DNA of 64,000 nucleotides, from positions 128,001-192,000 of the forward strand of contig JBILLK010000017.1 of the NCBI GenBank assembly GCA_044376115.1. Direction: 5' to 3'. This document shows, piece after piece, positions 38,340 to 46,618 of this stretch; position 1 is the first letter of the stretch, and every line of letters starts with the position of its first letter. The notes under the pieces are model-generated. The model did not search any database, was not told where the DNA came from, and was given only the letters and a program-made list of their open reading frames with translations. The position numbers and the translations under genes were made by a program. Source of the DNA: Polyangiaceae bacterium (GTDB taxonomy: Bacteria; Myxococcota_A; Polyangia; Polyangiales; Polyangiaceae).

Positions 38340-40562
38340 ATGGCTGAGACCCACTCCACCTTCTGTAGAATCTGTGAGGCCTTGTGCGGGCTCGAAGTCG
38401 ACGTCGAGGGCAACACCGTCGTCGATATTCGGCCTGACGATAAACATGTAGCCACCCGTGGGTTCGGCTGCTTGAAGGGCCTCAAGCAGCACAAGATGTA
38501 TGCCTCGCCCGACAGGCTCACCCAGCCCGAGGCTCGCGTCGGTAGCAGCTGGAGCAAGGTCTCCTGGGAGCAGGCGCTGAGCGGCATTGGCGCGCAGGTC
38601 CGCAGCATTCGTGATCGCCACGGACCTGACGCGATTGCCATGTACGTCGGAACAGCCGCTGGCTTTTCGGCACTGCACCCCATCTTTGCGCAGGGCTTCA
38701 TGACTGGCCTGGGCTCGAGGAGCCTCTACTCATCATCGACGCAAGACTGCGCCAACAAGTTTGCCGTCTCCCGCATGATGTACGGCTTTCCGTTCACCTT
38801 GCCGTTCCCCGACGTGCGCCGCACCAACTGCCTCATCATCGTAGGGGCCAACCCGGTGGTCTCCAAGTGGAGCTTCCTGCAGGTACCCAATCCCACCCAG
38901 CACCTGCGGGAGATCACAGCGCGTGGCGGAAAGGTCTGGGTGGTAGATCCGCGCCGCACCGAGACGGCCAAAGCCACTGGGGAGCACGTCTTCATTCGGC
39001 CGAACACCGACGTGTTCTTCTACCTATCGTTTTTGCACGAGGTGCTGAAGAGCAACAAGCTCGCTGAGGCTCGCATTCACCAGCACATGAAGGGCTTCGC
39101 TGCACTTGCGCCGCTGGTGCGGGACTACCCCGCAGAGCGCACGAGCGCGGTTACGACCGTTGCCCCTGACATCCTCAAGCGAATGGTGGCTGACTTCCTA
39201 GCAGCTGATGGGGCAGCACTGTACTCGTCAACGGGCGTCAATATGGGCTCAGACGGCTCCCTCTGCTATTGGCTGCAGGAAGTCATCAACGCCATCACCG
39301 GCAACCTGGATCGGCACGGCGGCACGCTAGTCGGTCGGGGCGTCTTTGACTTTCCCAAGATGGGGAAGAAGTCCGGCACGCTCATGCGCAATGACACCTC
39401 GCGCGTTGGCGGCTTGCCGAGCGTAAACGACGCCTTCCCTGGTGGGGTCCTGGCAGACGAGATCCTGACTGAAGGGCCCAAACAGGTCCGGGCGCTGTTC
39501 GTAACGGGTGGTAACCCGCTCATCACCATGCCCAACAGCGGCAAGCTTCGCCGTGCATTCGAGAAGCTGGAGCTCTTGGTCACGCTCGACATCTACAAGA
39601 ATGAGACCGGCTCCCTGGCTCATTATCTATTACCGGCTACGTCCCCCTTCGAGCGAGCGGACTTACCCTTTATCTTTCCGTTTGCTTTGGGCTTGCAAGC
39701 CAAGCCCTACACCCAAGCAACGCGAGCCTTGATCAAACCCGAGGGGCTGCAGCGAGATGAAGCGACGATCTACGTCGATCTGTGTAAAGCGGCAGGGATC
39801 TCGCTATTTGGCTCGCGTGCAGCGCAGAAGCTGCTCGAGGGCCTGCGGTCTTCCTGGAGCCCGCTCAAGAAGGGCGCAGTAGCAGATGGCTTGCCGCAAG
39901 AAACGTTGCTCGCAATGATGCTGAGAGCGGCCGGCGGCGGGAGCTTTGAAGAGCTGCTGCGGCATAAACACGGGCGCGAACGCGCCGATCATCAGCCGGC
40001 AGACTTCCTGGGCAGCCGAGTGCTCACCGACGATGGCAAGGTGGATCTAGCGCCTGCGGCGCTGATGGAGAAGGCCAAGCAGTTACCCCAGCGCTTCGAA
40101 CTGGAAGACAAAGATCGACGGCGGCTGAAGCTAATCACCAAGCGTGCGATCACCACGCACAACTCATGGACCCACAACCTGCCCGAGTTCGTCGACAAAG
40201 ACAGGACGACCAACTACCTCTATATGCATCCGGAGGATGCAGCGGCGCTCGGCCTCGCCGAAGGCGCCTACGCCGACGTATCCACCGCAGCTGCTACCGT
40301 GCGTATCCCGGTAAAGCTTCACAAGGAGCTCATGCGCGGCACCGTCGCTATTCCCCACGGCTGGGGGCATCAACACGCGACAGGGTTATCCGTTGCGAAC
40401 AAGACGACCGGAGTAAACGTCAATCTACTCGCGCTCGATGGTCCGGAGAATCTGGAGAGCATTTCGGGGATGGCCCACCTCTCCGGCTTTAACGTGGATA
40501 TTGTTCCAGCGGCTGGCCCACTCGACCCAACCTCTTGGTCGGGTCTGCCTGCTGCGGAATGA
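38340..40562 (+). CDS. Molybdopterin-dependent oxidoreductase (DMSO reductase superfamily)
   Basis: CRICEALCG..C 4Fe-4S motif, GANP, VVDPRRTET, HNSW, MHPEDA, PHGWG. Confidence 0.9.
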   Translation: MAETHSTFCRICEALCGLEVDVEGNTVVDIRPDDKHVATRGFGCLKGLKQHKMYASPDRLTQPEARVGSSWSKVSWEQALSGIGAQVRSIRDRHGPDAIAMYVGTAAGFSALHPIFAQGFMTGLGSRSLYSSSTQDCANKFAVSRMMYGFPFTLPFPDVRRTNCLIIVGANPVVSKWSFLQVPNPTQHLREITARGGKVWVVDPRRTETAKATGEHVFIRPNTDVFFYLSFLHEVLKSNKLAEARIHQHMKGFAALAPLVRDYPAERTSAVTTVAPDILKRMVADFLAADGAALYSSTGVNMGSDGSLCYWLQEVINAITGNLDRHGGTLVGRGVFDFPKMGKKSGTLMRNDTSRVGGLPSVNDAFPGGVLADEILTEGPKQVRALFVTGGNPLITMPNSGKLRRAFEKLELLVTLDIYKNETGSLAHYLLPATSPFERADLPFIFPFALGLQAKPYTQATRALIKPEGLQRDEATIYVDLCKAAGISLFGSRAAQKLLEGLRSSWSPLKKGAVADGLPQETLLAMMLRAAGGGSFEELLRHKHGRERADHQPADFLGSRVLTDDGKVDLAPAALMEKAKQLPQRFELEDKDRRRLKLITKRAITTHNSWTHNLPEFVDKDRTTNYLYMHPEDAAALGLAEGAYADVSTAAATVRIPVKLHKELMRGTVAIPHGWGHQHATGLSVANKTTGVNVNLLALDGPENLESISGMAHLSGFNVDIVPAAGPLDPTSWSGLPAAE

Positions 40563-40578
40563 GCGCACGGGAAAGGGC

Positions 40579-42519
40579 CTATTCGAGCAAGACGGAGAGG
40601 CTGAGCGCCGGCCTATCGCCTGCGTTCCCCCCAACCGCGAAGACCAACTGGTGATTACCCTTGTCGCCTAGCTTGCTCAGCAAGCCGAGCACCGTCTCGT
40701 TTTCACCGGGCCCTCCGAGCACAGAAAGTCGACGCACGAGCTCCGCGACCGAGGCGAAGCCCCCGGACACGTTGTCGCGCAAAAGCAGCCCGAGATCGCT
40801 GCGTGCAGCTAGCGTTTCTGAGGCCGGCGCGCCCCGTTGGCTGGCAAGCAACTTGGACTTGAGCACGCCTGGGTCCGCCGAGAGACCCCAGAGATAGCGC
40901 CCCGCCCCATCAGGGATGATGGCGATGAACAGCGGTAACGACCCCCGAACCACCGCCTTCTTCGCCTGAGGCTGAGCCACGGGCGCTTCGCTATCGTCCA
41001 ATGGATCGGCGAGATCCTCGTTATCGAAGCCAAACTGCACCTCGATCAGCGCCGAGCCCTTGGGGTAGCCCATCGGATTTCGCGAGACGCGGAACTTCGG
41101 CTCAAAGCGATCGAGCGCCTCTCGCTCAGCTTTGAGCGCGGCCTTCCTATTGGATGGCGCACTCCTCAAACGTCGGTCGGCCTCGGCCTTTCGAATGGCG
41201 GCAAAACGCTTCACCGCATCGATCCCTCGCTCAAAGAAGGTGAGCAGCTCCTTGGGCTCTCCGCCAACCGCGAACACTGACCAACCCAGCGCTTGACGAT
41301 ACCTCGCCTCAAACTGCTGGACCTCCTCCTGCGGGGTTGGCGGCACCGAAGCAGGCTTGGCCAGGGTCACCGGGACCGAGCCGAAGGCCCACGCCCACTC
41401 CCCGTCCAGGTGAGGGAGGGCCGGAATCAACGCCGCAAAAGACCGTGCGTCGGCGGCCCGCATGCGCCCATCCGATTGTGTCGCGAGCAGCTCGATTCCC
41501 TTCGTCCAAGCGTGCTCAATGAAGGCTCGTGGTTCCACGAACTGGCTCTGCTGAAAGCCGCGTCCAAAAAAGGCGCCCTCAGAATCCTTCGGCAGCTGCA
41601 TGAAGATCCCAGGCGGGGGACCTTGCCGCAGATCATCGGCCCAAAGGCGAGTCAGCCATGATTCTTTACTGCGATATTGGAGTTCAGCATTCAGGGCTAG
41701 GCGACCCGTCCCCTCGTCCAGGCGAAGGCTAGCCTGCAAGGTACCCAAATCGCTGAGGCCGGCCAGGAGCTGTTGCCCACCGCTAACCAGCTTGGCGCTC
41801 ATCGGTGGCTCCTTGAAGACGGGTGAAACCAGCTCGCCTGCGAGCAGCCCAAGTTGCTCATTGAGGACAACCGTCAATTTGGGCTTGAGGTCGGCGTTGA
41901 GTGGCGCAAAATCTAGGCTTAGCTGAAGGTCCTCGCTCGGCTTGGTTAGCGCGGTAGAGGAGAGCCAGGGGCCAACCTCCCTGAGCGTGGGTTCTGAATT
42001 ACTACATAGTAGTCGGCTGGCGTGCTCGCCTTCTGCCCATAGCACACACACCTGCTCATCCCTCACGATGCGAGTACGCTCGGTGCGCTCAACGGTGGCG
42101 CCCTTCTTGGCTACGAAATCGAGGAACTCGGCGGTGTTCGGCTTCAAAGGCAGGCTAACCACGGCTGACAACTGCGGCAAAACGCCCTGATCGGACTGCG
42201 GAGCCACAAACACGGCCAGCTCGACGCTCTCTGCAAAGTCGATGAACGTGCCAGCACCGGCCGAGGGCCCCTCGAGCTCGTTCGCTAAATCCACTGGCAG
42301 AGAATAGACGCTAGCGAGCGCCCGCCAGCTCTTCTCGGGACGGAAAGCGCGTACCAACATAACCAAAGACTGCGGGGCTGGGACCGGCACCCGCTCAACC
42401 TGCTCGTCAACAACAGGGCTTGGTGGTTTAGGTACCGGCCGAGCGACCTCGCTCACCGACGTAGTAGCGCAAGCAGCGCTGAGGACCAGAGGCGCAAGGC
42501 GCAAGGCGAGGCGAGACAT
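40579..42519 (-). CDS. Hypothetical lipoprotein
   Basis: Lipobox SAAC; 646-aa ORF. Confidence 0.65.
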   Translation of the reverse strand: MSRLALRLAPLVLSAACATTSVSEVARPVPKPPSPVVDEQVERVPVPAPQSLVMLVRAFRPEKSWRALASVYSLPVDLANELEGPSAGAGTFIDFAESVELAVFVAPQSDQGVLPQLSAVVSLPLKPNTAEFLDFVAKKGATVERTERTRIVRDEQVCVLWAEGEHASRLLCSNSEPTLREVGPWLSSTALTKPSEDLQLSLDFAPLNADLKPKLTVVLNEQLGLLAGELVSPVFKEPPMSAKLVSGGQQLLAGLSDLGTLQASLRLDEGTGRLALNAELQYRSKESWLTRLWADDLRQGPPPGIFMQLPKDSEGAFFGRGFQQSQFVEPRAFIEHAWTKGIELLATQSDGRMRAADARSFAALIPALPHLDGEWAWAFGSVPVTLAKPASVPPTPQEEVQQFEARYRQALGWSVFAVGGEPKELLTFFERGIDAVKRFAAIRKAEADRRLRSAPSNRKAALKAEREALDRFEPKFRVSRNPMGYPKGSALIEVQFGFDNEDLADPLDDSEAPVAQPQAKKAVVRGSLPLFIAIIPDGAGRYLWGLSADPGVLKSKLLASQRGAPASETLAARSDLGLLLRDNVSGGFASVAELVRRLSVLGGPGENETVLGLLSKLGDKGNHQLVFAVGGNAGDRPALSLSVLLE

Positions 42520-42661
42520 GAAGGCACGCTAGCGAAGTCGCACCCTCCGCGCACCTCTCGTAGGAAGCAGCGGACCGGTGGCTCTGGTATGGTTGGCGGG
42601 TGAGCCACTGCACATCGGCCAACCGCAAAAGAGCGTCGCAGCAGACGCCAAACGAGGCGCA

Positions 42662-42997
42662 GTGAAGCTTGTTGCTAGAGTGCCGCTGGCTGAGTTCGAG
42701 CAGCAAGCCATCGTGCGCGTCACCTATCCCCCGTACGACGTGGTGGTGGTCAAGACCGAGCACGGCTTTCACGCGCTGGAAGACGCATGCAACCATGCCG
42801 GGGCGAGCTTGTCCGAAGGCTGGGTGGAGGACGGTTGTCTGATGTGCCCCGTTCACGCCTACGCGTTCAACCTCGAGACCGGCGCGCTCGTACGCCCCAA
42901 AGGGCTTTGTGCAGACCAGCGCACGTTTCAGACTCGCACGGAGGGGAAGGATCTCGTGGTCTACGATCCTTTCAAGCTCGTGCTCATCGGCACCTGA
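42662..42997 (+). CDS. Rieske (2Fe-2S) ferredoxin
   Basis: CNH and CPVH ligands; GTG start at 42662. Confidence 0.88.
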   Translation: MKLVARVPLAEFEQQAIVRVTYPPYDVVVVKTEHGFHALEDACNHAGASLSEGWVEDGCLMCPVHAYAFNLETGALVRPKGLCADQRTFQTRTEGKDLVVYDPFKLVLIGT

Positions 42998-43008
42998 GCG
43001 CAGTGAAG

Positions 43009-43575
43009 CTAGCGGCGCGGAGCGTGTTTGGAGAGTTTTCTCTGCAAGGAGCGTCGGTGCATTCCTAGTTTGCGCGCGGCATCCGAGACATTCCCGCCGC
43101 AGTCACCCAAGACCCGTTGCAGGTACTCCCACTCCACCCGCTCTAGCGTGGGAATTGGATCGTTCTCGCGACCCAGTGTAGCCAAAGACTGACGCTCGGA
43201 CCCTTTGCGAAAGCCGAGCAGGGCGCGCTCGCAGAGCTCCGCTGTAACGGGCTTCGTCAGATAGTCGGCCGCACCAGCCTTCATCGCCGAGACGGCGTCG
43301 GAGATGGAACCATAACCAGTAAACACGACGATGCGCGTCCCCTCGTCCAGCTCACGCAGCTTCGGGAGTAACTCAAGGCCGGTGCGGCCCGGCATGCGGA
43401 CATCGATCAAGGCGTATTCAAAAGAGTGCTGGGTGGCCAACGCAACGGCCGTATCAAAGCTGCGCGCGGTCTCCACTGCAAAGCCACGCTCGGTCAGGGT
43501 ACGCGCCAAGGCCGTGCGGAAGGCATCGTCGTCGTCGACAATGAGCAGCGAGGGGCTATCGGGCGTCTCAACCAT
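43009..43575 (-). CDS. regA: RegA/PrrA/ActR response regulator
   Basis: Receiver domain plus EWEYLQRVL..GNVSDAARKLGMHRRSLQRKL signature. Confidence 0.9.
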   Translation of the reverse strand: MVETPDSPSLLIVDDDDAFRTALARTLTERGFAVETARSFDTAVALATQHSFEYALIDVRMPGRTGLELLPKLRELDEGTRIVVFTGYGSISDAVSAMKAGAADYLTKPVTAELCERALLGFRKGSERQSLATLGRENDPIPTLERVEWEYLQRVLGDCGGNVSDAARKLGMHRRSLQRKLSKHAPRR

Positions 43576-43576
43576 A

Positions 43577-44926
43577 CTAGTGAGCTGGCTCGCCGAGTGG
43601 CGTCAGGAGGGAATCAACGCTGACCGCTTTAGGTGCAGAGGAAGGCTTGTCGGCGAGACCGGGCGCTGCCCCAAACGCCAATACGACGCGGGTGCCGCTC
43701 GGCTGATTCGGTTCAATGCTCAGCGTTCCACCAGCTTGCTCAAACAAGGTACGAATCACGAACAGACCAAGTCCCATCCCTTCACCGGGATCTTTGGTTG
43801 AGACGAACGGCTCACCCAAGCGATCAACGACAGCGCCGTCAACCCCGCTACCATTGTCCTCCACGACCAGACACGGCCCAGTAGCGCCACAGCTCACGAG
43901 CACACGCACTTCACCCGTCTCCGCTGGTACCGCAGCTAACGCATTATCGAGCAGAACAGAAAGCGCTGCCTCAACGTCATTGGAGCCCATCGGAACGACG
44001 GAGTCCGTAGCGACCTCCACACTCGCTCGAGCCCGCGGGTGCGCGCGCAGCCATGTTCGAACAGCTTGAGGAACCACCTCGCCCAAGCGACAGCCGTGAG
44101 CGAGCTCCTTCTTCGCCCCAGGGCGCATGCGGGTCAGCACCTCTCGACAGCGAGCAACCTCATTGACGATCGACTCGGCGCGCTCCCGCGTGAACTCATT
44201 GTGCGATAGCTCCTCCGCCAAGACCGCAATCGTCGAGAGCGGGGTACCGAGTTCGTGGGCGGTGCCCGCGGCCAACGTCCCGAGCGCTACGAAGCGCGCC
44301 GCGTCGGCTTGCTCTTTGCGCAGCTGCTCGATCTCTTGTTGGTGCGCGATCAGCGCCTTGCGCACGCGCGTTAGGAAGAAGGCCGACAGCAGCGCTCCCA
44401 CCGCGAAGGCGACCCACATCCCGTAAAAGTGGTCCGCCATATCCATGGTAGGGGCGTGACAACTTGGGTCGCTCGGCAACAGGAACAGCGACCCAAACGT
44501 GATCGCCGAGAATGCTGCTAACAAGAACGTACGCAAAGGAGACAAAAGGGAAGCGGCCAAAGCCACATAGGCAAAAAGCACTGCCGTGAAGGGGTTGGCA
44601 GCACCGCCAGAAGCGCCGAGCACGACCGCGAAGGCCACGATATCCGCCGCCGCATAACCAAGGACCAGCCACTCCGAGCCGAGCCGAGCGCCCTTGAACA
44701 AGTTGCTCGAGGCGATCACCTCCACAACGACGAGCAGCGCAATCGGTGGCAAGCCCCACGCAAAAGACACCTGCAGCCCAAGCCAATACTCCGACAGAAG
44801 GAGCACGCCGAGCGCGACCAAGACCACCACGCGGCGCAGCGCTGAAAACCACTTAGCCAGGTCGACGTTAAGGACTGCCATGCTCATACGTTGATCTTCA
44901 ATGGCTCGGATCTCTTGCCATGCCAA
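43577..44926 (-). CDS. regB: RegB/PrrB-like sensor histidine kinase
   Basis: GGAANPF quinone motif, AHELGTPL H-box, RCREVL Cys, G boxes; alternative start at 44887. Confidence 0.88.
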   Translation of the reverse strand: MAWQEIRAIEDQRMSMAVLNVDLAKWFSALRRVVVLVALGVLLLSEYWLGLQVSFAWGLPPIALLVVVEVIASSNLFKGARLGSEWLVLGYAAADIVAFAVVLGASGGAANPFTAVLFAYVALAASLLSPLRTFLLAAFSAITFGSLFLLPSDPSCHAPTMDMADHFYGMWVAFAVGALLSAFFLTRVRKALIAHQQEIEQLRKEQADAARFVALGTLAAGTAHELGTPLSTIAVLAEELSHNEFTRERAESIVNEVARCREVLTRMRPGAKKELAHGCRLGEVVPQAVRTWLRAHPRARASVEVATDSVVPMGSNDVEAALSVLLDNALAAVPAETGEVRVLVSCGATGPCLVVEDNGSGVDGAVVDRLGEPFVSTKDPGEGMGLGLFVIRTLFEQAGGTLSIEPNQPSGTRVVLAFGAAPGLADKPSSAPKAVSVDSLLTPLGEPAH

Positions 44927-44932
44927 GCGCGG

Positions 44933-45340
44933 TCATTGAACCTCGAGCACGAACTGGCAGGAATCTGACACCTCACCTTCGACGACTACGTCCACCAACC
45001 AGCGGCCAGGCATCGAGAAAACCACCTCGGCCTCGTAGCCTCGCTCGGTAGGCAGCACCTCGGCTTGCACGCCGTGGTGCCCCATATCCGGCATGTGGGT
45101 CTCCACCATGATCGATTCGACTTGTACGGGGTTACCATCCTCAAGCACTTCAAGCTCGAGTGTATTGAGACCTTCCGAGAGCGAGTCCGCGCTCAACTCG
45201 AAGGTGAGCGCCCGTGATTTTCCTGGCATCTCTTGGGTAAAAGGCAGCTCGTCCGGCTCTGCGCCAGAGCAGCCGCTCGAGAGCAGCGCTAGCGCAGCCA
45301 GAGCTGCAAGCGTGAGCGACTTCACCTGCAATCGATTCAT
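44933..45340 (-). CDS. YtkA/FixH-like lipoprotein
   Basis: Lipobox SSGC; MPDMGHH and FSMPGRW motifs. Confidence 0.78.
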   Translation of the reverse strand: MNRLQVKSLTLAALAALALLSSGCSGAEPDELPFTQEMPGKSRALTFELSADSLSEGLNTLELEVLEDGNPVQVESIMVETHMPDMGHHGVQAEVLPTERGYEAEVVFSMPGRWLVDVVVEGEVSDSCQFVLEVQ

Positions 45341-46224
45341 CACTGCAAAACTCCAATCCGTAAACCCAAGCCGGCCCGAACAGCGGCTGACTCTGCAAAG
45401 GTGAGACCATTGATAGGTAACTGAGACCGAAGATCCCCTACCAGGCTGACCGTAGGACTCAGATCCACAAACGGGGAGAGCGAGAACTCTGCACGCTGCC
45501 GGTTCGACGGTTCAAGATCCATATCGAAGGAGAACCCGGCAATCACCGTCACCGGATCAAAGAGCACGCCCACGGCCGGCCCGACCAAGACGCGCGGAGC
45601 TCTGCGCGCGCGCGACTCATCCCCTGAGGCCACGAAGAAGGTCATCGCCGAGATGGCACGCGCGTGAAAATACTCGCCTAGCGTTTTTTCGAGGGTTGCC
45701 GTGAACGTAAACTCGCCCCGCCCTTGCCCGGTCGTGTCGGCGCCCAAGTTCGACTCAGAGGCCCGCGGAGGGGCTCCGGTAGGCAAGGTCACGCCGCCGG
45801 TCAGCGCAACCCCTGGAGCATAACGGTCTGCGAACTGTGAGTAGAGCAGCCAGGTAGCGAAGGCGCTCGTGTCACCAAACCCAAATCCCGTTTCACTCTG
45901 AACGCCCTGCGCTTCTCGGAAGTTGAAGACCAACGGAACGGCCGCCCCCAACTCGAACTTGGGCGCTACGCGCACGACGCATGAGCTCACCCACTCTGCT
46001 GTGAGGTCGGTCGAACCACGATTGGCGGTGAACAGGCCTTCCTGGTCGAATGAGCCGTAGCGCACACGCACCGACGGCCGCAACGCCGTCATGAACAGCT
46101 CGGTCTCGCCTAGCCGGTCACCCACCGAAGCTTCACCACAGCAAGCCGCTGCGTGGGCCTCATGACAGGGTGCCAACGCGCCGATCAGCGCGAGCACGGC
46201 AGCAGCGGTCAAACGAGCTAACAC
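45340..46224 (-). CDS. Exported outer-membrane beta-barrel-like protein with N-terminal CC
   Basis: Signal ending AHA then AACCG; GFGDT and LPTG motifs of MetA-pathway/CopB-like barrels; amphipathic C-terminal strand. Confidence 0.65.
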   Translation of the reverse strand: MLARLTAAAVLALIGALAPCHEAHAAACCGEASVGDRLGETELFMTALRPSVRVRYGSFDQEGLFTANRGSTDLTAEWVSSCVVRVAPKFELGAAVPLVFNFREAQGVQSETGFGFGDTSAFATWLLYSQFADRYAPGVALTGGVTLPTGAPPRASESNLGADTTGQGRGEFTFTATLEKTLGEYFHARAISAMTFFVASGDESRARRAPRVLVGPAVGVLFDPVTVIAGFSFDMDLEPSNRQRAEFSLSPFVDLSPTVSLVGDLRSQLPINGLTFAESAAVRAGLGLRIGVLQ

Positions 46225-46289
46225 TTGTCCTTCAACCGAAGCCTGCCGCTACTCGCGTCCTTGTCGACCGAGAAGAACCACCGCTGGCG

Positions 46290-46520
46290 TCACTCGCATT
46301 CAGCCCTGCAAGCCGCTTCCATCTCGAGGCACATGTCCTCGGTGGTCGCGGCGTCCTCGGCGGTCTCATGGCAGTCAATCCCTGCATCGGTCGTCGAGTC
46401 GTGACAAAGCTCCCCGAGCGCTTCGCAGGTGGGCCGCTCTTCCGCCGTGTCATCACCGCAGCCGACGAGCAAAAAGATCGAAAGGGAGCCAAAGAAAACC
46501 ATCGTTGCACGGCTAAACAT
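46290..46520 (-). CDS. Small Cys/His-rich lipoprotein
   Basis: AAGGTGG RBS-like sequence; lipobox LVGC; CEALGELCH..CH..C..C..C. Confidence 0.7.
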   Translation of the reverse strand: MFSRATMVFFGSLSIFLLVGCGDDTAEERPTCEALGELCHDSTTDAGIDCHETAEDAATTEDMCLEMEAACRAECE

Positions 46521-46555
46521 CGGCCCACCTTTGCACAATCCAAAGGCTGCCCGAA

Positions 46556-46572
46556 TGCGTCACGATGTCGCA
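46556..46572. promoter_or_regulatory. Putative RegA/PrrA binding box
   Basis: TGCGTC-ACGAT-GTCGCA matches GCGNC-N5-GNCGC, upstream of the operon encoding RegB/RegA. Confidence 0.6.
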
Positions 46573-46618
46573 GCTCCGCGCTACCGCGCCTGGCGAAGGC
46601 CTCGCTCAGGGATCGGCT

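Noticed and set aside
38340..40562. Molybdoenzyme as a possible second selenoprotein
   Set aside because: Uninterrupted ORF with no in-frame TGA.
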